Below, piece after piece: positions 1-8,600 of a stretch of 17,976 nt of DNA. Source of the stretch: Kofleriaceae bacterium. GTDB taxonomy: Bacteria > Myxococcota_A > Polyangia > Haliangiales > Haliangiaceae. The first letter of the stretch is position 1. Each line of letters starts with the position of its first letter. The stretch covers positions 64,001 to 81,976 of the forward strand of contig JANRKM010000120.1 of assembly GCA_033763475.1 (NCBI GenBank), in the 5' to 3' direction. The notes under the pieces were generated by a model that was given only the letters and a program-made list of their open reading frames with translations, was not told the origin of the DNA and ran no database searches. The position numbers and the translations under genes were made by a program.

Positions 1-133
1 GCGCCACGTTCCACCCCGTGAGGTGACCATCGCCGCGCGTCCTCGCGTGCTCTCCCCTGCGCCACGCCGTCGAGGCACAGACCTCGTCGCGATCGGCGAC
101 AACTATCTACTCGCTGCTGCCCAGGAGGCCACC

Positions 134-595
134 ATGCTGGCTCGCGCCTCCCCCATCCTCGTTGGTTCCGCCACCCTGCTGTTCGTCACGGCCTGCCCGG
201 CCGAGCCGTCTACCCCGCAGGTTCACGACGCGACCATCTCCACGATCGACGCCCCCGATCTCGGCGTCTTGGACTGCGCCGCCGTGTGCGAGCGCGCCTC
301 GATGTGCATCACCCAGGTAGGGCTCCGCTACGACGCGGCCGCGTGCGACGCGTTCTGCGGCGGCCTCAGCCGCGAGCGCATCACCGGCAGCTGCGGACGC
401 TGCCTGGTCGAGGCGGATTGCACGCAGGTCTACCGCGATCCCACCGCGCCCTTCTCCGTGGCGAATGGAAACCCGGGAGACTGCATCGTCGACTGTGGTC
501 TTGGTGAATGCAACCGCGACGGGGACTGCCCAGGCTCCATGCCGATCTGCGCGTACGACGCGGCCACAGCGCGCTTCCAATGCACCGACGCGTAG
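134..595 (+). CDS. Cys-rich secreted lipoprotein (hypothetical). Probable start is ATG 134 (MLARASPILVGSATLLFVTAC...); the track ORF starts at 23.
   Basis: The ORF 23..595 contains an internal Met followed by a hydrophobic stretch and a lipobox-like V-T-A-C, i.e. a signal peptidase II-type signal. The mature part has ~18 Cys in CxxC/CxxxC spacing. No recognisable enzymatic motif. High GC third-position bias is consistent with coding. Confidence 0.5.
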   Translation: MLARASPILVGSATLLFVTACPAEPSTPQVHDATISTIDAPDLGVLDCAAVCERASMCITQVGLRYDAAACDAFCGGLSRERITGSCGRCLVEADCTQVYRDPTAPFSVANGNPGDCIVDCGLGECNRDGDCPGSMPICAYDAATARFQCTDA

Positions 596-609
596 CGCTG
601 GGCGGTTTC

Positions 610-3600
610 ATGTCACTCCGCCGGTTGCTGCATCCGGCACAGACGCTTCCGATCGTCCATCGTAGATACGGTACGATCGAGCACGTGAGTGACCGAGCAG
701 GCGCCCCCTGCCTCGACGAGGAGTCCGTCCTTCGCTATCTCGACGGCCAGACCGACGAGGCGAGCGACGCCCACCTCGCCGACTGCGCGTCGTGTCGCTC
801 GCTGGTCCGGCTGGCCGCCGCGACGTCCCCGCGCGCGGTCGACACCGAGCAAGCCGCCACGCGCATCCGCCCATCGGTGCTCGGCGTGCGGTCGTCGCGC
901 GACGTGCTCTCCCCGGGCGACCGGCTCGGCCGCTACGAGATCGTTGCCCCGCTCGGCCAGGGTGGCATGGGGCTCGTCTACGAGGCGTTCGATCCCGAGC
1001 TCCAGCGCCATGTCGCGATCAAGCTCCTCCACGCATCGCGAGATCCGCGCATGCATGCGCAGCTCGTCCGCGAGGCGCGCGCGATCGCCCGCCTCGCACA
1101 TCCCCACGTCGTCGCCGTGCACGACGTCGGCGAGGATGGCGGTCGATCGTTCGTCGCGATGGAGCTCGTGCGGGGCGGCACCCTCGACGACTGGCGGCGC
1201 GCCCGCCCGCGATCCACGCGTGAGGTGCTCGCCATGTTCGCCGCCGCGGGCGCGGGTCTCGCGGCCGCGCACGCCGCAGGGCTCGTCCACCGCGACATCA
1301 AGCCCGCGAACGTGCTCGTCGGCGAGGACGGCCGGCCTCGCATCTCGGACTTCGGGCTCGCCATTCCCGACGCACCCGACGATCCGCACGCGCCCGTCGA
1401 AGCGCAGGCCGGGACGCCCGCCTACATGGCACCCGAGCAGCACGACGGCGGGGAGGTCGATGCGCGCGCCGATCAGTTCAGCTTCGCGGTGGCGCTGTAC
1501 GAGGCGCTCGCGGAGCGGCGGCCGTTTGGTGGCACCTCGCGGCGGGAGATCCGTGAGGCGATCGCGGCGGGCCCACCGCGCCTGCCCGCGCGCGTCCCGC
1601 GCCGCGTGAGCGCGGCGATCCACCGCGCGCTGCGCGAGGCGCCAGCGTCGCGGTTTCCCTCGATGAGCCCGCTGCTCGCCGCCCTTGCCCCGCCGCGGCG
1701 CCGCCTGGGACTGATCGCCGCGGGGAGTGCCGCGGCGATCGCGGCCGTCGCGATCGCTGGCGCGACGCGCGCGGGCGCTGCGAAGCCTTGCCTGCAGCTC
1801 GAACGACCACTCACCGCGGTCTGGGGACCGGCACAGCGCGCCAAGCTCGAGCGCGCGTTCACCACCGCGGGCGCACCGGCAGAGACGAGCGCGGCGGTCG
1901 CCGGGGCCCTCGACCGCTGGGCCGAGACCTGGAACGCGACGGCGATCGATGCCTGTCAGGCCGCGCAGGTTCGTCGCGAGCAGACACCCGCGCAGCAGGA
2001 GCTGCGCACCATCTGTCTGGACGAGCGGCTCGGCGAGCTGCGCGCGGTGACCGATCTGCTGGTCGCCGCGGACCGCGCGATCGTCGCCAGCGCGCACGCG
2101 ATGACGTCCTCGCTCGTGTCGCCGGCCGTATGCAACGAGCTCTCGACGCTCGGCGCGAAGGCGCCCCTGGTGCGCGGGTCGGCGCAGGAGCACGCGGTGA
2201 CCGCCCTCCGGCCGCGTCTCGCTTCCGTCCGTGCGACGCTGGCCGCTGGCGACGCCGCGAAGGCATACGCCCAGCTCGTCCCCCTGCGCGAGGAGATCGG
2301 ACGCACCGCGTATCGCCCGCTCGAAGCGGAGGCGGCCCTGCTCGCGGGCAGAGTCGCGCAGGCGCGTGGCCGGTTCGCCGAGGCCGAGACCGAGCTCGAG
2401 GCAGCCGTGCTCGCCGCGGAGGCGGGACGCGACGATCAAGCGGCCGCGGCGGCGTGGATCGCCTTGGCCCACGTGCGCGCCCGCGGACGCGGCGACCTCC
2501 GCCGGGCCACGGAGGCGCTCGCACACGCGGACGCGACGGTCGAGCGCCTCGGCGACGACCTCGAGGCCCTCGCCGCGCTCGCGTACGCGCGTGGCTCCAC
2601 CCTGCGGCAAAGCGGCGACTACCCGGGCGCCCGGGCCGCACTCGCGGAGGCCGTGCGTCGCTACGAGCGCGCGCGGGTCGATCGCACGCTCGAGCTGACG
2701 CAGGCCCAGCTCGATCTCGCGGGTGTGCTCGGCGCCCTCGGTGACCGGCAGGCAACGGCGACCGCCGAGGAGGCCCTCGCTCGCCGCCGCGCCGCGTTCG
2801 GTCCGGCTCACCCCGAGCTGGCGGCCGGGCTCGTCGTGGCCGCCTCGATCGCGGATCTCGAGCTCGATCCCACGCGCGCCACGCGCTACCTCGACGAGGC
2901 GGATGCGATCTACGCGCGCACCCTCGATGCGACGCATCCGCGACGCGCCCAGGCGCTGCAGATCCGCAGCAGTACCCTGATCTCGGCGGGCCGTCCCAGC
3001 GACGCCTTGGCCCCGGCGACCGCCGCACGCGACCTCCTCGCGCAGCACCAAGGCGAGGACTTCCCGGAGGTCGCGACGCTCGATGTCTGGATCGCCTTCG
3101 CGCGGTTCCATGCGGGAGATCACCTCGGTGCACGGGCCGACCTGGAGCGTGCGCTCGCCTTGCTCCAGCGAACGAAGGGCCCCGGCGCGCTGGAGGCCAT
3201 CAACGCGCGGGTCTTGCGCGTGCTCGTGGCGCATGCCGCCGGGGAGCAGGCTGCCGCTGAACGCGAGGCCAGGCAGGTGGTGGAAGAGGGGACGCGTGCG
3301 CTCGGTGATAACCACCCGCTGATGGCGAAGGCCTGGCGTGCGCTCGCGATCGTGATGACGGATCGCGCCCCCGGCGAGGCCCTCGCTGCGTACCGCCGCG
3401 TGCTGGCGATACGCGAGCAGCTCGGCGGGCCGATGCATCGCAGCGTCGCCGCCGCCGCGTACGAGCTCGGCGAGCACCTCCTCGAGCACGAACAGTTCGC
3501 CGACGCTGCGGTCCTGCTCGAGCGCGCGGTGACGATCGAGGAGCATCACGGCAGCGCCGGATCGGAGACGGCGCGCGGCGCCCGCATGCGCTGGGCCGAT

Positions 3601-3855
3601 GCGCTCCGCGCCCTCGCGCAGGAAGCGCGCGGTGTGGGCGTCCTCCAGGCACTGGTCACCGAGCTCGAACAGGCGACACCGCCTGACGATCTCCGGCTGC
3701 ACCAGGCCCGCCTGATGCTCGGCATCGACCTCGCGGCCACCGGCGGCGATCGTGCGCGTGCGCGTGCGCTGGTGCGCGCGGCGCGTGCGGCGCTGCGCGG
3801 GCGGGATCCGGACTCCGTGCGCATCGCCGACGCCTGGCTCCGCCGGCACCGCTGA
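610..3855 (+). CDS. Ser/Thr protein kinase (Hanks-type) with an N-terminal zf-HC2 (anti-sigma-like H-x3-C-x2-C) motif and a long C-terminal TPR/helical repeat region. The start is uncertain: ATG 610 or GTG ~688.
   Basis: Kinase subdomain motifs are read directly: GQGGMGLVYEA (Gly loop), VAIK (catalytic Lys), HRDIKPANVLV (catalytic loop), DFGLA, GTPAYMAPEQ. Upstream is LRYLDGQTDEASDAHLADCASCRSL, matching the YLDGEL...HLxxCxxC pattern of zinc-finger anti-sigma N-termini. Downstream is ~700 aa of Ala/Leu/Arg-rich helical repeats (TPR-like). The track ORF 508..3855 overlaps the previous gene, so an internal start is used. Confidence 0.85.
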   Translation: MSLRRLLHPAQTLPIVHRRYGTIEHVSDRAGAPCLDEESVLRYLDGQTDEASDAHLADCASCRSLVRLAAATSPRAVDTEQAATRIRPSVLGVRSSRDVLSPGDRLGRYEIVAPLGQGGMGLVYEAFDPELQRHVAIKLLHASRDPRMHAQLVREARAIARLAHPHVVAVHDVGEDGGRSFVAMELVRGGTLDDWRRARPRSTREVLAMFAAAGAGLAAAHAAGLVHRDIKPANVLVGEDGRPRISDFGLAIPDAPDDPHAPVEAQAGTPAYMAPEQHDGGEVDARADQFSFAVALYEALAERRPFGGTSRREIREAIAAGPPRLPARVPRRVSAAIHRALREAPASRFPSMSPLLAALAPPRRRLGLIAAGSAAAIAAVAIAGATRAGAAKPCLQLERPLTAVWGPAQRAKLERAFTTAGAPAETSAAVAGALDRWAETWNATAIDACQAAQVRREQTPAQQELRTICLDERLGELRAVTDLLVAADRAIVASAHAMTSSLVSPAVCNELSTLGAKAPLVRGSAQEHAVTALRPRLASVRATLAAGDAAKAYAQLVPLREEIGRTAYRPLEAEAALLAGRVAQARGRFAEAETELEAAVLAAEAGRDDQAAAAAWIALAHVRARGRGDLRRATEALAHADATVERLGDDLEALAALAYARGSTLRQSGDYPGARAALAEAVRRYERARVDRTLELTQAQLDLAGVLGALGDRQATATAEEALARRRAAFGPAHPELAAGLVVAASIADLELDPTRATRYLDEADAIYARTLDATHPRRAQALQIRSSTLISAGRPSDALAPATAARDLLAQHQGEDFPEVATLDVWIAFARFHAGDHLGARADLERALALLQRTKGPGALEAINARVLRVLVAHAAGEQAAAEREARQVVEEGTRALGDNHPLMAKAWRALAIVMTDRAPGEALAAYRRVLAIREQLGGPMHRSVAAAAYELGEHLLEHEQFADAAVLLERAVTIEEHHGSAGSETARGARMRWADALRALAQEARGVGVLQALVTELEQATPPDDLRLHQARLMLGIDLAATGGDRARARALVRAARAALRGRDPDSVRIADAWLRRHR

Positions 3856-3867
3856 GCCAGGCGCGGG

Positions 3868-3941
3868 CGCAAGAAATCGACGCGAGCCGCGCAAGATCCG
3901 GCGACGAGCTTCGTCAGGGGACACACCCCAGGAGCAATCCC
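3868..3941 (+). promoter_or_regulatory. Conserved upstream/leader element A (core CTTCGTCAGGGGACACACCCCAGGAG at 3909-3934, with GGAG Shine-Dalgarno 7 nt before ATG 3942).
   Basis: Near-identical to the region immediately upstream of the next gene (4796-4859). The shared core is CTTCGTCA[G/A]GGGACAC(A)CCCCAGGAG, plus similar CGCAAGA/CGCAAAAAC-containing sequence further upstream. Confidence 0.4.
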
Positions 3942-4787
3942 ATGTCACGCGTCGCTTTTTCCTATGCCGTTCCTTCGTTCGTGCTGCTCGCGAGCAGCCT
4001 GCTCAGCGCGGGCTGCCCGGCTCATGACGATTCCGAGCAGCCCCCCCTCGATTTCGCCTTCGTGAGCGAAGCAGACGTTCACATGGCCTTCAACGCGATG
4101 GACCTTCCGTACGTGCTCGCGTTCACGTCGCCCCACGCGGCCGACGGGAGAGCGTGTCCCGCCATCACGCAACGAAGCGGGGGATACCAGGTTCGAGGTG
4201 GCTGCGTCGACGAGGCAGGGACCCGGTACGAAGGGACGATCGACGTCGAGGTGGCCGTCGGATCCGGGGCCCCTCAGACGGTCGAGTACGACTTCGAGTT
4301 TGCCGACTTCAGCGAGGTCGGATTTACCGGGGACGGAACCCCATGGAGCTACACGCTCGATGGTCGGCTCGTCGGCGTGCAACGCAGCAGCGAGTGCGGG
4401 TACCCGGCACCCGATGTCCGCGTCGACGGACCGCTGTCGATCACGGTGGGGGGCGACGTGCGCTCGGGCTATGGAGGCTGGTTTCCCGGCGATGGAGGCG
4501 CGGTCTCGCTCGTCATTCACGACTATCAGTACGGTTGGAATGGCGACTGCGATCGGGTCGGGCTCACGGGGTCGGGCACCGTGGACGTGCTCGACCGCGG
4601 GCGCTTCCGCTTCGAGCTGGATTCCCTCGACGAAAAAACGTGCCGCAATGACCCCACCACCGGCGGCGCGCGCTTCTTCGGGGCTGACGAAGCGACGATC
4701 ACGTACGACGGTGCCACTGCGTGCGATGGGTGCATCCCGTACGTGACGAGCGGAGGTCAGGCCGGCTCGTTCTGCTGGCAGCCCTAA
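3942..4787 (+). CDS. Secreted lipoprotein, hypothetical (281 aa).
   Basis: N-terminus MSRVAFSYAVPSFVLLASSLLSAGC has the signal peptide plus lipobox LSAGC. GGAG RBS sits 7 nt upstream. Gly/Asp-rich mature region with several Cys. No recognisable catalytic motif. Confidence 0.6.
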   Translation: MSRVAFSYAVPSFVLLASSLLSAGCPAHDDSEQPPLDFAFVSEADVHMAFNAMDLPYVLAFTSPHAADGRACPAITQRSGGYQVRGGCVDEAGTRYEGTIDVEVAVGSGAPQTVEYDFEFADFSEVGFTGDGTPWSYTLDGRLVGVQRSSECGYPAPDVRVDGPLSITVGGDVRSGYGGWFPGDGGAVSLVIHDYQYGWNGDCDRVGLTGSGTVDVLDRGRFRFELDSLDEKTCRNDPTTGGARFFGADEATITYDGATACDGCIPYVTSGGQAGSFCWQP

Positions 4788-4795
4788 CCGCAATC

Positions 4796-4859
4796 TGCAC
4801 GCGCGAACGCAAAAACGCGGAGCGACCTTCGTCAAGGGACACCCCCCCAGGAGACACCC
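4796..4859 (+). promoter_or_regulatory. Conserved upstream/leader element B (core CTTCGTCAAGGGACACCCCCCCAGGAG at 4827-4853, with GGAG 6 nt before ATG 4860).
   Basis: Paralogous copy of element A at 3868-3941. Contains GAAC (4805-4808) and CGTC (4830-4833) at 21 nt spacing. This does not fit the canonical ECF spacing, so the promoter type is unassigned. Confidence 0.4.
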
Positions 4860-5615
4860 ATGCATCCCCGCGCTTTCGCCACGACGCCGAGCACGCCCCT
4901 ACCCCTCGAGGCCCCGATGCGCAGCCACCTTCTCGTCATCCTCTCGTGCATCGCCATCGCCGCCTGCGGCGCCGACGATCGCCGCGACGCGACCGCCCTC
5001 CCGCACCCCACCCCCACACCGCAGGGAGGCGCATCGCGATCGCGCCCCGCGCCTCCCCCGCCTGCGCTGCCCGCGCCCTCGCCCGCGCTGCCCGCGGCGA
5101 GCAGCGCCGAGCCGGATCGCGGTGGTTGTGCCGGCGAGGTCAACTATCCGTGCCCGGACGGCTTCGAGGACGGGTGCATCCGCCAGCGCACGACCGAACA
5201 CGTGTGTGTCGCCAAAGATGCCGAGGCGACCATTCCCTGCGATCGGCCGGCAACGCTGGGTTGCAAGAGCGGCATGCTCGACGCGTGCGCAGCGGCGCCG
5301 CCGTACGGCAAGCTCCACATCTGTGTCATCCCGGTGCCCAACCGCGCCGCCACCGCCACGCCGGCCAGCTCCGGCCTGTGGGCGCTACGCATCGAGTGCA
5401 GGAACGAGATCAAATACAGCTGCCCCTCGGGCCTCGAGAACGGCTGCATCGGGGCACGCACGACGTCCCACGTCTGCGTCGAATCAGGCGCCAAGGCGAC
5501 CGTGCCATGCGACCAGCCAGCCACGCTCGCCTGCAAGGACGGCATGGTCGACGCATGCACGACGTCGCCTCCGTTCGGGACGTTCCACGTGTGCGTGAAG
5601 CCGCGGGACGCCTGA
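4860..5615 (+). CDS. Secreted lipoprotein with two tandem 8-Cys modules (251 aa; alternative start ATG 4917, MRSHLLVILSCIAIAAC).
   Basis: Hydrophobic signal plus lipobox IAAC. A Pro/Ala-rich linker follows (PAPPPPALPAPSPALPAASS). Then come two homologous ~67 aa modules (VNYPCPDGFEDGCIRQRTTEHVCVAKDAEATIPCDRPATLGCKSGMLDACAAAPPYGKLHICV and IKYSCPSGLENGCIGARTTSHVCVESGAKATVPCDQPATLACKDGMVDACTTSPPFGTFHVCV). Confidence 0.6.
   Translation: MHPRAFATTPSTPLPLEAPMRSHLLVILSCIAIAACGADDRRDATALPHPTPTPQGGASRSRPAPPPPALPAPSPALPAASSAEPDRGGCAGEVNYPCPDGFEDGCIRQRTTEHVCVAKDAEATIPCDRPATLGCKSGMLDACAAAPPYGKLHICVIPVPNRAATATPASSGLWALRIECRNEIKYSCPSGLENGCIGARTTSHVCVESGAKATVPCDQPATLACKDGMVDACTTSPPFGTFHVCVKPRDA
5139..5609 (+). 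repeat. Intragenic tandem duplication (repeat 1 ~5139-5342, repeat 2 ~5407-5609) encoding the two 8-Cys modules.
   Basis: The nucleotide and protein similarity of the two blocks is visible by eye. Cys positions are fully conserved between copies. Confidence 0.7.
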
Positions 5616-5648
5616 GCCAGGTGCGCGTGCTTCGAGCAGCGCGCGTGC

Positions 5649-8600
5649 TCAGCGCCCCGGACCGACGAGGAGGTCGGCCATGCGTCCCGGGTGAGCGACG
5701 CCGAGCGCGAGGAGCTCCGCTCGCCGTGCGTCGACGGCTGCGCGATCCGCACGTAGCTCGGCGGCCCGGAGCCCCGAGGCGGCCGCGTAGGTGAGCATGC
5801 CCTGCGTGGACCACCCTCGGGCGGCGCGCTCGAACGCGGAGGCAGCGCGATCCCGGTCGTCACTCATGAGCGCGATCTGTGCCTGAAGCGACGCGACGCC
5901 CGGCGTGAGGACGTCGCCGTCGGCGAGCACCGCGATCCCCTCCTCGAGGACCGATCGCGCGAGGGCGACGTCGGCGGTGCCGGCGCGCCACGCCGACGCG
6001 GCTGCATGCGCGCGCAGCAAGGCGAAGGTTCCGCGCGTGAGCGGTACGAGGGACGCGAAGATCCGGTCGAAGGCCGGCCGCGCCTCACCTTCGATCCACG
6101 CGCAGCTCGCGGCGGGGGTCTCGTAGACGCGGATCGCCGTCTCCTGCAGCATCTTCATCGAGGCGAACAGATCGTGCTCCCCTCGCTCCCCGGTGGACGC
6201 CTCCTGGAGCCGGGCCCGAGCGCGGTCCGGCTGATCGGCGGCGAGGAGCACCCACACGCTCGTCGACTGGAGCCAGCGTTGCGCGTTGAGGTCCTGGCGC
6301 GCCGCCGCCTCCGAGATCCAACCGTCGAGGACCGCGAGGGCACGCGCGGGATTCGCCCCGCAATATGCGTACGCGGCCAGGAGCGGGACGCGCCCCATCG
6401 CACCGTCGAGCACCAGCGGTGGCGTGGCGTTCCAGCAGAGCCGCTGCGCCGCCTCGAGCGTCGCCGTCGCGTCCCCCACGGAGCCCGCGAACAGCTCGAC
6501 GACACCGCGCAACAAGGTGTGGCGAGCACGCTCCTGCGTGCCGCCGACGCGGGCGACGAGGGCTTCGGACGCGTCGAGCGCGGCGCGGAAGAACGGGTGC
6601 CGTGGATCTCGCTGCGCGTTCGACATGACGTAGAAGAACAGCGCGCGGAGGACGCGCAGCGGGTGCCCGGCCTCCAAGGCGAGCTCGAGGGCGCGGGCGC
6701 TGACGAAGGCCGAGCGGACGTCGTTCTGGTTCAAGGCCTGCGCGGTCGCGAGGAGCAGGTCGATCTGCCGGAGCAGGCGCGGCGCGATCGCGTCCGCGTC
6801 GCGCGGCTCGAAGGCGAAGCCGCGCACGACGAGGCGCGCGCCGATGTTGATCGAGCCGGCGACGGCGACGTAGGGGTCGGCGGGAAGCGCGAGGCCGACG
6901 GCGGCGAGGGCCTCCCCGATCAGCGCCATCCCCTCGGTGAGGCGGCCGCTGATCAACAGGTGCTCGCCGGCCGTCGCGCGGAGCTGGGAGGCCCAGCCCA
7001 CCCAACCACCGTCGCTGGCGAGCGTCGCCGCGGCGAGGCAGATCCTCCCTGACTCGGCGCGGTGCCCCGCCAGCGCCATTGCGTCCGCCCACTCGAGGTG
7101 CAGCGCGAGCGCATCCTCCCCGGCGCTGAGCTCCGCCGCGGCCGCGTAGGTGCGCGCGGCGCGCTCGAAGGCAAGCGCGCGGGCTGCCTCGCGCGCGGCG
7201 CGGTGCATCCACGTGCGCGCCGGGCCTTGTCTCCCTGCCTCGCGGTAGTGCGTCGCGAGCACGTGCGCCGGTGGGTTGCGCCGGCCCTCGAGGAACTCCG
7301 CGAGCTCCGCGTGCGCCGCGCGATAGCGCTCGGCCGACAGCGACGCCTCGACCGTCTCGCGGACGCGATCGTGATAGACGTCCATCAACGACTCCGCGTG
7401 GGTGCCCGTGCGAATCAGGCCTTGCTCGCGCAGCTCATCGACCACCTCGGGGCGCCACCCGTCGAAGCCTGCCGCCAGGCACCCCATGCTCTGAGGGAGC
7501 GGCATCGCCGAGAGCGCCACGATCTCGAGCAGGCGCCGCGCGTCGGCCGACACCTGGTCCAGGCTGCGCCGCAGGTTGTCGCCCAGATCTCCCGCCTGCC
7601 AGCCGGTGGCCCCGAGCATGCGCGCCAGCACGTAGGGGTGCCCGGCGGAGGCGGCCCACGCGGCGTCGGCGGAGATTCCGCGCTGCGCGCTGCGCTCCAC
7701 GAGGGACGCGACCGCCGCGCGGTCGAGCGGTGGGACCGCAAGCGTGCCGACGTCGATGGCATCGAACGTCGCAGCGCGGGACAGGAAGGCCTCGAGCGCG
7801 CCCGAGGTTTCGGTCGCGCGCACGCGGAGCGTCGCCAGGAACATCACGGAAGGTGCGCGCACGAGCACCTCGGCGAGCAGCGAGAACGTGTCCTCGCCGG
7901 CCCATTGCAGATCATCGAGGAAGATGATCACCGGCGCATCCGCGGCGACGCCGGCGAGTAACGCCGCGAGCGCATCCGTCGCGTGGCGCCGGATCTCGTG
8001 CGGGCTGTGCGCGCGCACCGGTGGCTCGGTCCCTCGGAGAACGGCGTCGAGCCGACGCAGGACGGGGAACATGAGGCTCAGCGCTTCGGCGTGCGCGGGC
8101 ACGACCGCGCGCACGTACGCCTCGTCGGCGTGCACGAGGTAGTTGCACAGGCTGTCTACGGCCGCGTCGAGCCCCTTGAAGGGGACGGCCTCGGCTTCGT
8201 GGCAACGTCCGTCGAACACGTGCGCACCTCGTGCGGCCGCGCGGCGGCAGAGCTCGCGCGCCATCATCGACTTCCCGATGCCAGGTGGACCCTCGACGAG
8301 GCACAGCTGGGTGCGGAGACGCGAGCGCGCCAGCGATGCCTCGAGCCACGCGAGCTCCGCGTCGCGGCCGATCAGCTCGACGTCGGGGCGGAGCTCTCCT
8401 CGCGGGGGTGCGCCGCGAAATGCCGCGAGGATCTCGTGCGCGGGTGGCCGGTGGTCCGGATCCGCCGCGAGCATCCGCATGGCCATCGCCGCGAGGTGCG
8501 CGGCCGGGCCGGAGGGAGCGTCGATCGGCGGCACGGGTGCGTGGACCTTCGCGCGCGCCATCGCGACCGGGTTGGTCATCCACGGTGGGCGCCCGGCGAT

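Noticed and set aside
3856-3900. GCGCGG...CCGCGC 6 bp inverted repeat after the STK stop codon, as a possible terminator.
   Set aside because: Short stem with a 20 nt loop and no T-run. It overlaps the conserved upstream element of the next gene, which is the more parsimonious explanation for this sequence.
613-3948. 1111 aa ORF antisense to the STK gene, plus many other long Arg/Pro/Ala-rich ORFs overlapping real genes (e.g. 689..1609, 1788..2744, 1859..3133, 6006..7052, 6085..7212, 7062..7961, 7983..9347, 9059..9967, 10255..11043, 12594..13400, 13306..14316, 14797..15858).
   Set aside because: The high GC content suppresses stop codons in all frames. These products are low-complexity R/P/A/G-rich and lack motifs. 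In every case the opposite or alternate frame carries a protein with clear family signatures, so they are frame shadows.
5616-5648. GC-rich partial palindrome (GAGCA-GCGCGCG-TGCTC) between the convergent lipoprotein and kinase genes, as a possible bidirectional terminator.
   Set aside because: The stem is only ~5 bp with no U-tract. This is not distinguishable from background in 70% GC DNA.
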